A DNA stretch of 64,000 nucleotides from a virus. Taxonomy: Duplodnaviria; Caudoviricetes. This document shows, in pieces, positions 29,580-40,499 of this stretch. A program made the position numbers and the translations under genes. The notes under the pieces were generated by a model. That model made no database searches. It was not told where the DNA came from and worked only from the letters and a program-made list of their open reading frames with translations. Positions within the stretch are counted from its first letter, which is position 1. The number at the start of each line of letters is the position of its first letter. The stretch is from IMG/VR virus record IMGVR_UViG_3300028805_000061, one strand, 5' to 3'.

Positions 29580-29877
29580 TTTAGTATCAAAATTAGATTG
29601 TCCACAGCCTGAATTAGAAAAACTATTTACTAGAGAATATTGTTATGTATTATTAAAAAAGATAGATGACAAGGTATTAAATGCTGTAAAAACATTAGTA
29701 GATAATTATGTTAGAAATGAGTTAAAAGAAAATATTATAAATTATAGAATTTATTCTTATAAAACTTTAGAAGGAATTACTGCTGAAATACTTATTCAAC
29801 CAGAAAATTCCAGTATTATTATTCAATATTTGTTAAATATTTCAGAGAAAAATACTAAACTGGTAAGGATCAGATGA
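29563..29877 (+). CDS. Stand-alone tail-sheath C-terminal-domain-like protein
   Basis: LEKLFTREYCYVL...VKTLVDNYV...IINYRI...ITAEILIQPENSSIII aligns by eye with the recalled T4 gp18 C-terminus (LKTNIGRSSKYRL...FRTETAQYL...IYEYRV...FVATFYIQPARSINYI). Confidence 0.55.
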   Translation: MTALSNLVSKLDCPQPELEKLFTREYCYVLLKKIDDKVLNAVKTLVDNYVRNELKENIINYRIYSYKTLEGITAEILIQPENSSIIIQYLLNISEKNTKLVRIR

Positions 29878-29878
29878 A

Positions 29879-30538
29879 ATGAGTTTACATGCTTTAGATA
29901 GAATATTTCAAAGATATAATCAAAGTTTTAGTTGGACTGATGTAAGAAATATTATAAAAGCTATTAAAAAAGAAAGATGTTATTTTGTTGATGCTGCTAA
30001 TAATGATTGTATAGTTGTTTTAGTGAATTATGAACATATACCATTAAAATTAGTTTATTCCTCTACTAAAGATCATAAAGGAGCTATTGTAACAGCTTTA
30101 CCATTAGATATTGATGAATGGAATTCTAATTTAAGTCAAATTCCATTAGTAAAAAGAGAACAAAAGAAAAAGAAAAGCAAAAAGAAAAAAGGAGATATTA
30201 TGGAATCAAAAGAAACACTTGATAATTTTTTAAATGAGGCTGGAATACCTACACAGGATACATTCCAGGGGTTATTAATGCATATTGAATCAAATGGTTA
30301 TAGTGAAGAAAGACTTGAAACAGCTTATAAAGACTGGGAACTTTATTATGAAAACCCTTCAGCAACAAACTTTAATAGTATAGTATGTCATTTGATTTGT
30401 AAAGCAGATTGTGAAAACTTATATAGATTGGCTAAAGGTTTTCCAGAACATGTAAGAGTATTTATTGAAATGCAATTAGTAGGAAATGCTTCACAGGAAA
30501 AATTGAATGAAGTTGGATTAGGTGAAAATAATGAGTAA
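29879..30538 (+). CDS. Two-domain phage protein with internal start
   Basis: N-terminal HA.DR..QR...IVT domain; C-terminal KAD.ENL.RL.KGFPE domain. Internal SD AAGGAG plus ATG at 30200. Confidence 0.6.
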   Translation: MSLHALDRIFQRYNQSFSWTDVRNIIKAIKKERCYFVDAANNDCIVVLVNYEHIPLKLVYSSTKDHKGAIVTALPLDIDEWNSNLSQIPLVKREQKKKKSKKKKGDIMESKETLDNFLNEAGIPTQDTFQGLLMHIESNGYSEERLETAYKDWELYYENPSATNFNSIVCHLICKADCENLYRLAKGFPEHVRVFIEMQLVGNASQEKLNEVGLGENNE

Positions 30539-31055
30539 AAAAGAAGAACTAAATAAACAAGAAATAATTAAATGGGAAGATGTCAAAAGAGAGAGTTCTG
30601 GTGATTCTCTATATGATTTAAGTTGGCTTGATAATAAAAAAGGAACAAGTTTAGCTAAATTAGAAGGAGAAAATAAATTAACAATAAGAGAAAAATTTCT
30701 TGAAGACTTAAATAAACAATTAACAGAAGGAAGAAATATTAATGAATATAGAGAATTAAAAACTTTTTTAGTTGAACAATCAAGCTATATTAGAAATAAA
30801 ACTAATTTAGATAACTCTGATTTACAAAAATATATTGATAAACTTGATGATTTAATATTTAAAACTAATACAGAGAGATACGAAGAAGCTAAGAAGTTGT
30901 TATCAGATGAAGAACAATTTAAACAGCTTGAAGAATTACAACAAGAATATCATAAAACTGTTCAATCTTTAGCATTAGAAACAGTAGTACAAAAACAAAA
31001 TAGACTTACAACTGCAAAAGTAAGTTTATTAGAAATATTAAGAGGAGAAAAGTAA
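30531..31055 (+). CDS. Coiled-coil hypothetical protein
   Basis: Operon ORF with SD AGGTG. Confidence 0.55.
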   Translation: MSKKEELNKQEIIKWEDVKRESSGDSLYDLSWLDNKKGTSLAKLEGENKLTIREKFLEDLNKQLTEGRNINEYRELKTFLVEQSSYIRNKTNLDNSDLQKYIDKLDDLIFKTNTERYEEAKKLLSDEEQFKQLEELQQEYHKTVQSLALETVVQKQNRLTTAKVSLLEILRGEK

Positions 31056-31064
31056 GAGGTAAAA

Positions 31065-31736
31065 ATGTCACATATAGAAAAGAATTTAATTTCAAATAAA
31101 TCAGCTTGTTATATTTTTGATATTGATGGTTGTATGGCTGATGTAAATCATTTAATATTAACTCATAAAGAAGCTTATGAAGCTAATATGAATAAGTATA
31201 AGTTAGCTGAAGAAAAATATCAAAGAGATTATAAAGCTTATGAGTATGAACTTAATCAATTTAACAAAGGTTTTATAAAGGATAAACCTATTGAACCAAC
31301 AAAACCAGATGCTCCATTAAAATATGAAGCAGCTAAAAAAGATAAGATAGATTATAAGTATTTTTATAATAATTTATCTGAAGCAACTCCTATAGAGGGG
31401 GTTATTGACTTATTTATTGCATTAGCATTAACTAAGAAAGTAATAATTCTTACTGGAAGAAATGAAAATAGTCGAAGTGATACTTTAGAATGGCTTAAAA
31501 AAGTAATTGAAGATAAATATAATTCTGATATGTATAGAAGAATTAATTTTCAAATGATATTTAAACCAGAAAAGGATAATAATTCTACAGAAAAATTTAA
31601 AAAGGAAAAAATTCTTGAATTAGCTAAACAGTATAATATTCAACTTATTATAGATGATTGTCCAGCTAATATAGAAGAGTTTACTAAACTAGGTTTTCTT
31701 GTATTATCACCCAATAAAGAGTATAGAGAATTATAA
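31065..31736 (+). CDS. HAD phosphatase (T4 PseT/PNK phosphatase-like)
   Basis: IFDIDG, IILTGR, FKKEK, IIDD, with a helical insertion after motif I. Confidence 0.8.
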   Translation: MSHIEKNLISNKSACYIFDIDGCMADVNHLILTHKEAYEANMNKYKLAEEKYQRDYKAYEYELNQFNKGFIKDKPIEPTKPDAPLKYEAAKKDKIDYKYFYNNLSEATPIEGVIDLFIALALTKKVIILTGRNENSRSDTLEWLKKVIEDKYNSDMYRRINFQMIFKPEKDNNSTEKFKKEKILELAKQYNIQLIIDDCPANIEEFTKLGFLVLSPNKEYREL

Positions 31737-32443
31737 TGAGTAAAAAGAAGAAAAAAACTTTATATGAAGAATTGGAAATCTCTCCTTTAAGTAATAAAGC
31801 CCAAATAAAGAAAGCTTATAAGAAAAAAGTAAGAAAAGTTCATCCAGATAAAGGAGGAGATCCAGAAGAATTTAAAAGAGTAGTGACAGCATATTTAATT
31901 TTGTCTGATAATGAAAGTAGATATAAATATGATTCAACTGGTGAAGAAGAAAAGCCAACAGATAGAAAGCCTATTGATATTGATAAACAAGCAGAAAGTT
32001 TTTTAATAAAAACTATATTTGATATAGTTGATAGGCATGGAGAAAATATATCAAATAAAAATATACAAAAATTATTAATTGAAGTATTTAATAATTTAGA
32101 AAATGAAATAAAGTCAAGACTAAAAGAGAATAAAATGACTTGGAAAGCTGTTGCAAATAAATATAGAGCAGTAAAAAAGAAATTTGAAACAATTAAAAGA
32201 GGATCAACTTTAGAAAATATTTTAAATATGAAACTAAATCATATTGAAACACAGGAATTGTTAAAACTTAGACAAGAGCATAAAAAATTGATGATTGATA
32301 AAAGAATTTGTAATAGATGTCAATATTTAGTTTTAAATGATTGCAGTGATAGTTGTATTGAAATAATAGAAAATAATCCAATGGCAGCATGGGACCAATC
32401 AATGAGATGGGGAACATTTAATCCCACAATAAAAACTTTCTAA
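31736..32443 (+). CDS. J-domain (DnaJ-like) protein
   Basis: LYEELEI...IKKAYKKKVRKVHPDKGGDPEEFK...AY.ILSD..R.KYD..G. Confidence 0.9.
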   Translation: MSKKKKKTLYEELEISPLSNKAQIKKAYKKKVRKVHPDKGGDPEEFKRVVTAYLILSDNESRYKYDSTGEEEKPTDRKPIDIDKQAESFLIKTIFDIVDRHGENISNKNIQKLLIEVFNNLENEIKSRLKENKMTWKAVANKYRAVKKKFETIKRGSTLENILNMKLNHIETQELLKLRQEHKKLMIDKRICNRCQYLVLNDCSDSCIEIIENNPMAAWDQSMRWGTFNPTIKTF

Positions 32444-32453
32444 GGAGAATAAT

Positions 32454-33713
32454 ATGGAAAAGCAAGAGAGAATGAAAATATTAAAAAATTTTATAGAAAA
32501 AGAAATTGCAAATAGTGAAGATAGATATAGTCCTAGTGTAAAAGAAATGCAAACTATATTTGAGAATTCTATTAAAGCAATTGAAGAATTATCTGGAGAA
32601 GAAGTTGATTTAGAAAGATTTAATGAATTTTTAAAATTCTATAAAATAATGAAAGTAGTTGAACAAATAACTGAAAATTTAAGATGTGACAAATATATTG
32701 AAGATTGTAAGAAAGGTAATAAATAATGAATGCAATTGAACATTTGAAAAATGTTATAGATTTTGTAAATAGTGAATTTTGTGAAGTATGTAGGGAAGAT
32801 TGTGATACTTGTACTCATTATGAAAATGGTTCATGCCCTATATTAACTGCAGAAAATTTTTTAACCGAAGAAGGTTATAGTGATGATGAATAATTTACCA
32901 GATCAAACAATAATTCAAAAAAGTTTAAATAATAGAGAAATTATTGGTATAGGTAAAGCTTTACAAGATTATAAAAAAGATGTATTAAAACTACAAAAAT
33001 TACCAATGACAGCAGATGCTTTATTAGAAAGTATTGAAATAGAGAAAAGTTTTAGAAAAGCTCTTGTAAATGATCTAAGAACTTTAATAGAAACAAACTG
33101 TGCTAATTGTCCAATGGGTTATGAGAGAAATACTTGTGAAGCAAAATCTTGCCCCTTTCAAACAATAGATAATATAGTTAATGAGAGATTAAAAGAATTA
33201 AATCAAATACTTCCTGGAGGTATAAATGAATAGATATCAACAAATAGTTAAAGAAATAGATGAACTAAAAGCTAAGCAAGAAGCAAGTAAAGAATTTTAT
33301 GACTCAAGAATTGCTGAAAAACAAAGAGAGTTGAATTCTTGTCCCAGTATGCAGTGTTCTGCTGCAGAAGCTTGGTGTAGATTAACAAATGCTTTAATAG
33401 ATAAGTATAAACATTTAGCTGAAGAAAATCCAGAAAAAGTAATTAAAGAAATTACACAAATAGAAGGTTGTTTAATAACTGGAGGATATTTAACTCAAAA
33501 ACAATTAGAGGAAGCTTTATGATTAAAACTTTTGAAAGTAATATTAAAAAAGTTGAAACATTAATAAACAATGAATTTTTTACATGTATAAGAAGTATAG
33601 ATGAAGAAGGCAAAACTGAATATGGTTTAAAAATGAATTCTTCAATAAGTGCAATAGTAGAACACTTAGTAGAATTATATAATAAAGCAAAACTCTATAC
33701 AGAAACAAAATAG
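32454..33713 (+). CDS. Cluster of small hypothetical proteins (32454-32726, 32880-33233, 33226-33522, about 33519-33713 and a short Cys-rich ORF from 32726)
   Basis: Tightly coupled plus-strand ORFs with SD sites. Confidence 0.55.
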
Positions 33714-33770
33714 ATATAAATTAATTTCCTTATAAAATATTATATACATATAATTTATAAGGAGATGTAA

Positions 33771-34427
33771 ATGCAAGAATTACCTAAAGAAAGTTTAAGA
33801 TATGGAATGATACAAGTTCATAGAACTAATTCAACTGGTTCACATTTAGTTGGTAGTGATATAGAACATCAACAATATATAACATTAAAAATAAGTAAAG
33901 CTATTTATGAGAGAAATTTGAAAAATGATTGGTGGTTTGATAGAGACAATATTATAGAAATAAGTATGACATTGTCCCAGTGGGCTGAGTTTATAAGCTC
34001 TCCCAACACGAGTGGAGTACCTTGTACATTAGATAGAATACAAGGTAGATGTTTATGGAAAGAAGAGGAAGTACCTTTTGTAGATAAAATAAAACTTCAT
34101 GATGAGGAATTTAAGAAACAATGGAGAAATAATATTAATGAGATGAAAAATTTGATAGCAAATTTATCAGATTCATTTGAAAATAAAGAAAGTAGAAAAA
34201 CACAAAGAGAATTAATACATCAACTAGATCTTTTAATTAGAAACTTTATACCAAATGAAAAATTTGCTATAAATGAGTTTGAAGAACATATAGAAAGAAG
34301 AGTAAATCAAGCTAAAACAGAAATAAGTAATTATTTAGCAAGATTTCTTCAAAATAATGCTGAACAGTTATCAGTTAATATGTCACAGAATTTATTAGGA
34401 ATAACTACAAAAGGAGAGAAAGAATGA
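33771..34427 (+). CDS. Conserved phage protein
   Basis: LVGSDIEH...I.L.I.KA..ER.L..DW...IIEISMT.SQWAEFISS.N..GVPCTL is a widespread phage family of unknown function. Confidence 0.7.
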   Translation: MQELPKESLRYGMIQVHRTNSTGSHLVGSDIEHQQYITLKISKAIYERNLKNDWWFDRDNIIEISMTLSQWAEFISSPNTSGVPCTLDRIQGRCLWKEEEVPFVDKIKLHDEEFKKQWRNNINEMKNLIANLSDSFENKESRKTQRELIHQLDLLIRNFIPNEKFAINEFEEHIERRVNQAKTEISNYLARFLQNNAEQLSVNMSQNLLGITTKGEKE

Positions 34428-35179
34428 ATACAGATTTAGAAAATATTAAAGAAAAAATAAAGAGATTAAAATCTTTAGCTAAAGATGAAGCAGCTTCAGT
34501 AGGAGAAGCAGCAAATGCCATAAAGTTAGCAAAGAAATTATGTGATCAGTATAATTTAGTTCTTTCTGAAATAGACGAAAATGAATTAAATAAAGAATTA
34601 AAAGAAAACATTATTGAAAAGAAAATAGAAACTAGGCATAAAAGAATTAATGCAGCTATTTCTATGAGTACAAGAATATGTAAATTTTTTGAATGTGAAA
34701 CATTTTATAGTTGGAATGATGAATATCAAACTATAATAGGTTTAGAGCCAGATATAGAGTCAGCATTATATGCACTTGATATAGCACATAATAGTATGGA
34801 TTTAGCTTGGAAGAGATATATGAATAGTGAAGAATATGAAGAAGCCATAGATGATGGTTTTTCAAGAAGTCAAATAAGAAGAGATTTTTCTAAAGGTTTT
34901 GCTATAGCAGTAATAGAATTAGTAAAACAAATGCAGGCAGATAAAGATGCATTAAAAGAAATTCAAACAAGTAAGTGTACTTCTTTAATAATAAGAAAAT
35001 CACAAGAAATAAATGAATATAAAGGACAAAATTATCCCAATTTAAAGAGTAGAGCTACAACAATTTTCACAAGATCAAGTGGAGCAACAGTTTCAGGTAA
35101 AATAGAAGGAAGTAAAGTAAGATTTAATAAAGCATTAAATCAAACAGGAGAAAATAATAAATGTCTATTACAAGGATAA
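34424..35179 (+). CDS. DUF2786-domain protein
   Basis: KIKRLKSLA...ASVGEAANAIKLAKKLCDQYNL N-terminus; F.KGFA and G..EGSKV C-terminal pattern. Confidence 0.75.
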   Translation: MNTDLENIKEKIKRLKSLAKDEAASVGEAANAIKLAKKLCDQYNLVLSEIDENELNKELKENIIEKKIETRHKRINAAISMSTRICKFFECETFYSWNDEYQTIIGLEPDIESALYALDIAHNSMDLAWKRYMNSEEYEEAIDDGFSRSQIRRDFSKGFAIAVIELVKQMQADKDALKEIQTSKCTSLIIRKSQEINEYKGQNYPNLKSRATTIFTRSSGATVSGKIEGSKVRFNKALNQTGENNKCLLQG

Positions 35180-37962
35180 TGTTAGATAGATGGTTAATTC
35201 CACAATTACAAGAAATAATTCAAATAAAAATGTCTAAAGGGGATATTCAAGCAGAATTAGATTTAACAGATTCAGAAAATAATAGTGTAATAAGAGTAGA
35301 TTTAAAACAGCTATTTATAATAGTACAAGCATTAATACAAGTACCAGGAGAAATAGGTATAGAAGAAAGAAAAGTTTCTTTAATAGAAAACCCTTTAGGT
35401 AGACAATTATTTATAATAAGAAAATATAGAGATGGGTGGCAATTAGTAAAAGATTTAACTAATTTAGGTGTAACACAACAAGATATAGCAATAAGAGATC
35501 AAGCCAGACTAATAAATCACAATTGGAATAAAGAATAAGTCCTTGTAAAGAAATATTAACAGATAAAAACTATTACTATATAAAAATTATAGTAATAATT
35601 TTTTGATATAAAAATAAGAAAGGTAAAGCAACATGAAAAGAAAATCAGTATGGGATGAGAAACCATTAAAAGACTTAGACTTGTTAAAAGAGGTAGAAAA
35701 AAGACAACATAAAGATAGATGGTTAACTAAAATGGATATTTTTAGAGCATTATCAAAAAAGTATAAAAATATTCTTACACCAGATCAGTTTAATTTTAGA
35801 TACAATTATTTAATTGCTAAACAAAGAAAAGAAACTGTTAATAAAGTGAAAGAAGTAGCTAATAGTTTACCAAGTTATATAAATGATGTTTCAAAATCAG
35901 AAAAATCACAATCACTACCAAATTTAAGAAAATATGAAATAATAAATCATGAATTAAGAGATAAAAATCAAAATTTATTAAATATTAATAAAGCACTTTG
36001 GGAAATGATCGATCCCTATAAATTAGTAAAATTTTGTAATACACAATTAGAATTACAAAAAAGAAGAAAATGTAATGGGGGATTTAATATAATTTTTAAA
36101 ACATTAGCAGAAATATTTGATCAAAAACAAGATACAATAAGTTCTAGATTTTATGTAACAAGAAGACAACAAAAAGATGGCAAAAATGCAAAAGAAATAG
36201 AAAATCAAATTCTCCTTGACAAAGATAATCAGATAAATGAATTACAAAACACTATTATAATTCTTACGACTGACAATAATGATTTAAAGAAGGAGATTAA
36301 AGATTTAGAATTTTCCTTAGCAAAAGAGATAAATAATAGACAAATAGAATCAGAATTAAATTCTTTAAAAAATAGACCACTCGTAAAACTATCTCTATTC
36401 ATTAAAAACATAGAACAATTTTTCAAGAGAGAAGTATAAGATGTTGTATTTAATAATTTTTATAATTTTTACAATTGGGATATTATTACCTTTTATAATA
36501 GCTTATAAAATAATTGAAGAGATAAAATTTGATAAATCAATAAAGGATCATTTAAAAGGTGATAAATCTTATCTAGATGTTTTTGATTTAGAAGATAAAA
36601 GTTAAAAAAATTAATTAAAAATAGTATATCTCTATTAAGAGTACTATTTGAAAGGCAATCAGAAGAATGACAAATTATAATGAAAAAATTATAGAGATTC
36701 ATAAAAATATCTGGGTAAAATATAAAGATTTACTCCAAGAAATAAATAAAGTAGTAAATAGAAATGAATATAAAGAAACACAAGCAGGAGTAGCGATTCT
36801 TATAAATAAAGAGGAAGCTAATTCAATAAGTCAAAAAGTTAATAAACTTACTGAAGAAATAAATGCTTTTAACTATTATATTACTTTTTACCCAGATAAG
36901 GATAATATTTGGAAACAAGAAATAGAAGATATAAATCATATTCAAATTATTTTAAATAAACTAGAAATAGACAAATGAATTATAGAATAACTGGAAATAT
37001 TATAATAGAAAAGATAAGTTTAACAGCCCTCGATAAAGTTAAACACTTTTACCCAGTATATAATAACAATATTTATACTGGGTATTATTTTAGGAAATAC
37101 AAAAATAATAAAAATCAATTACAAAATACAATCAAATTATTAATGGAGAAAAACAAGGCATAGCCATTTAGGTGTATAAATATATTAATTTATATAAACA
37201 CTCAATAAAAATAATAAAGGTTCTTAAAAGAGAAAATAGAGTTTCCTTCGAGTGAATATACTTAATAGAGGAGAATCACATGGAAGTATTAATGATAATA
37301 ATAATGTTTATTTTGATATACATAGCAATATTTACAAGCTTAATTTTAATGTGTTTAATGGAAATAAATGACACGACAAGATTTATTAAAAAACAATTTA
37401 GGGAATTGTTGACAAAGGAATTATTACAACATTTAGAGGAAGCATCAAAGCTGGAAAAACAGTTAGAACAAATAGAGCAGCCACATAATAACTAAAATAC
37501 TTATAAATAAGAAGGGAGAATAATATGGAACAAGATTATGTTAAGATAGACAATAATCGGTTTGATTTAGTTAAGTCTATTCATAGAGAAAGAATAGATC
37601 ATAGTATAAGTACTATAGAAAAGGACTTAGGTTATTTAATGGTTCAACACGATAAAATACATAAGCGTATAGACAAAGCATTATCAGCCAGAATATTTCT
37701 ATTTAATCAAGACAGCAAGTTGAGAGAAATAGAACAAGCAAAAACTAATGAAGCTAAGCAAAAAGCTTATGATGATTTTATGAATGTATTTATTAATCCA
37801 TCAACTCCAGCAAATGTTTCAATGTTAGAATGCTTTTGTAGTAAGAAGATAGTAGAAAGCTGGTTAGACAATTTAATAATGTATGCAGATGATGAAGCAC
37901 AACAAGATTTAAAAACTGTATTGGCAATAATAGATAAGTACTATAATAAGGAGGATAAATAA
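35161..37962 (+). CDS. Cluster of hypothetical proteins (35161-35538, 35633-36439, 36667-36978, 36975-37163, 37280-37495, 37525-37962)
   Basis: Plus-strand ORFs, mostly with SD sites. 37280 has an N-terminal TM helix; 35633 has a C-terminal coiled coil. Confidence 0.55.
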
Positions 37963-38750
37963 TGTCAGCAGAAGAAAAGAATGAAGCATTAAATATGTTA
38001 TTCACTGAGAATAATGTAGATCAAAATAAAAATCAAGACTATAAATATAGTTTTCAAGAATTTGATCTACCTGAAAAATATTACTTACTGGAAATGTATA
38101 ATAAACAAAAAGAATTACAACAATTCTTAGCAGATAAAGGTAAAACAGAAACTTTCCCTAATATAGTGACAGATGTAATTCAACCAAATGTACAATTAGC
38201 TATTTATCACTTATTTTGTATGCAAATAGAATTCCAAGAGTTAAAAGTAGAATTACAAAAACTTACAGAACAACCACAAGATAATAACCTAAATACAATA
38301 GACGCAAGATATGAGTTAATAGATATGTTCTTCTTTATGTTTAATGTAGGTATATATACTGGCTTAGATATAATGGCAGTAGTAAATAAGATAGAAGAAT
38401 ATATAAAGACATTTGCTAATACACCAATAGAACAATGGTTAGATGTAAAGTATATTACTTCAGCAATAGAGAACTTAATGAATTATATAGATAAACTTCC
38501 ATGGAAAGCTTGGAAAGATTATGATTTAGCTAATTACAATTTTACTAGTCCCAATATAATAGAGTATTATTCATTAGCACTATATGATATGGTGATATAT
38601 GCAAAGTTTGCATTTAAAGAAACCAATAAAAGTTTATTCGACCTCTATATGAACAAGTGGATCGAAAACAAGCGAAGACAAGAAGATATAAATTCTGGGT
38701 ATGTATTAACAGAAAATATAGAAAACCATTCTCAGGAAGATATTAATTAA
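37962..38750 (+). CDS. All-alpha dimeric dUTPase/dCTPase (MazG-like superfamily)
   Basis: KQKELQ, IEFQELKVE, ARYELIDMFFF, LPWKAWKDY, LYMNKWIENKRRQ....GY. Confidence 0.75.
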   Translation: MSAEEKNEALNMLFTENNVDQNKNQDYKYSFQEFDLPEKYYLLEMYNKQKELQQFLADKGKTETFPNIVTDVIQPNVQLAIYHLFCMQIEFQELKVELQKLTEQPQDNNLNTIDARYELIDMFFFMFNVGIYTGLDIMAVVNKIEEYIKTFANTPIEQWLDVKYITSAIENLMNYIDKLPWKAWKDYDLANYNFTSPNIIEYYSLALYDMVIYAKFAFKETNKSLFDLYMNKWIENKRRQEDINSGYVLTENIENHSQEDIN

Positions 38751-38799
38751 TAATCTTTTCATACTTTCAAGTTATATAAACTTCTCAATCTTATATAAC

Positions 38800-38850
38800 A
38801 AAACCTTGTAAATCCACTTCCTAACAACAAAATTTACAAGGTTTTATTTT
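38800..38850 (+). terminator. Intrinsic terminator
   Basis: 14-bp perfect stem aaaaccttgtaaat / atttacaaggtttt followed by a T-rich tail. Confidence 0.7.
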
Positions 38851-38906
38851 GGTTTATTTATTATAATAGGTTAATTAAATAAGTAGAAATTAAGAAGGAG
38901 ATATAA

Positions 38907-39449
38907 ATGAATTATAAAAGTACAATTGGTATTACTTTAAAAGGTATAATATCATTCTTTATATTAGTTTTATTAGCTGATATGCTTGTATATAAAGTGT
39001 TTATAAGTAAAAAACTAAATAAAATGAATTCTACTATTAAAATTATTGAACAATATACAGGTGATCTGTATAAACAATCTAAAGAAGATAGAAACGAAAT
39101 AATACCAGAAAAACAAATATTAGCAAAACATCTATTTCCAGCAAATTATTTAGGAGTATTCAGATTAACATTTTATACACCACATGAATTAGGAGCAAGT
39201 AATGCTAATGCATTAAGAACAGCAACAAGAACTATTCCAAAAGAGGGAAGAACAATAGCAGTAGATCCAAAATTAATTCCAAAAGGTAGTTTAGTATTTA
39301 TAGAAGGCTGGGGATATTATATAGCAGAAGATACTGGATCAGCTATAGAAGGTAAAAGAATAGATATATTCCTTAATAGTCATAGAATGGCAATCCAATT
39401 AGGTAACAAACAACAAGCAAGAGTATATTTATTAAGAAAGGGTGGTTAA
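38907..39449 (+). CDS. Membrane-anchored 3D-domain (MltA-like) cell-wall protein
   Basis: N-terminal TM helix; TIAVDPKLIPKGS.VFIEGWG..IAEDTGSAI.GKRIDIF. Confidence 0.9.
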   Translation: MNYKSTIGITLKGIISFFILVLLADMLVYKVFISKKLNKMNSTIKIIEQYTGDLYKQSKEDRNEIIPEKQILAKHLFPANYLGVFRLTFYTPHELGASNANALRTATRTIPKEGRTIAVDPKLIPKGSLVFIEGWGYYIAEDTGSAIEGKRIDIFLNSHRMAIQLGNKQQARVYLLRKGG

Positions 39450-39605
39450 TAGTGAGACAGCAACTAGATGAAAACTTATTTAGAATAATTGTAAAACCAG
39501 CAATTATTCTGGGGCAAAACTATCCTAATGATAATGTAGATAGTTTAATAGATATACTAATACATGATATATATGAATTAAATATTAAAAGAGAGGATAA
39601 TTAAT

Positions 39606-40106
39606 ATGAAACAACAAATTAAGTTTATAGAAAGACAAATAAAGTCTTTTATAACTATAGGGCAACCTTCAAGTAAAGGTTTTATATATACAAGAGAACT
39701 AATAGAAGATGTATTAAAACAACAGCAACCCTTAATAGATAATAGAACATTATTTGTAACACTAGGATATACTGGAGACAATATTACAGATATTGACTTT
39801 GATAAAGTAGAAGGATTTGTAACTAAAGCTGAAATAACAGAAGATAATAAGGTAACATATACAATACAGTTTTTAGAAAAAGTAGTTAATCTATATCTAT
39901 CTATACATATTCCTATGTTGGTAGAAATACCTATTAAAGCTAAAATAGATACTAAGAATAATATTATTACAGAAATAGAAACTACAAATTACATAGATAT
40001 GATTTTTAAAAATCCCAAAGAAACACTTGATAAAATTACTAAAGCTATAGATCAAATGAAACCTTTAATAAATTCAGTAAAAGGAGAAGCTAATGAAATT
40101 ACATAA
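39606..40106 (+). CDS. Catalytically inactive T4 gp21-like prohead protease homologue
   Basis: PSSKGFIYTRELIEDVLKQ...IDNRTLFVTLGYT...IDFDKVEGFVTKAEITEDNKVTYTIQFL parallels the gp21 N.NGRIY...GEL.HP...I....VSH.I pattern, but the catalytic His and Ser motifs are missing. Confidence 0.55.
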   Translation: MKQQIKFIERQIKSFITIGQPSSKGFIYTRELIEDVLKQQQPLIDNRTLFVTLGYTGDNITDIDFDKVEGFVTKAEITEDNKVTYTIQFLEKVVNLYLSIHIPMLVEIPIKAKIDTKNNIITEIETTNYIDMIFKNPKETLDKITKAIDQMKPLINSVKGEANEIT

Positions 40107-40386
40107 AATAACTACTTTATGGGAATTCTTACCAGTATGTACTAAAGGATATGATGTTCAAGATACTTTTGGCTATTTTCTTTTTACTATTTTAATGGTA
40201 TTTGGAATAGTTATAATAGTATATAAGAATTTATTCTGGTTTTATAATAATTATGGAATCTTTACTATTAAAATAATAAAACAATTGATTATATATTGGC
40301 TTATAATTACTCCACCTACTTTCTATTTTGCAATTAATGAAGTATATAATCAATATGTAAAAGAATTAAATAGAGAGGAAGATTAG
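40093..40386 (+). CDS. Membrane protein (2 TM)
   Basis: Two hydrophobic segments. Confidence 0.55.
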   Translation: MKLHKITTLWEFLPVCTKGYDVQDTFGYFLFTILMVFGIVIIVYKNLFWFYNNYGIFTIKIIKQLIIYWLIITPPTFYFAINEVYNQYVKELNREED

Positions 40387-40432
40387 TTATATTACTATAA
40401 CTCTCTCTTCTTAATTCTAAATAGTATACAAT

Positions 40433-40464
40433 AAACCCTATTAAAATTAATAGGGTTTTCTTTT
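40433..40464 (+). terminator. Intrinsic terminator
   Basis: aaaccctattaa / ttaatagggttt followed by tcttttc. Confidence 0.7.
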
Positions 40465-40499
40465 CGAGTGGGAAAGCTAGAGATTAATTAAAAAAGTTC

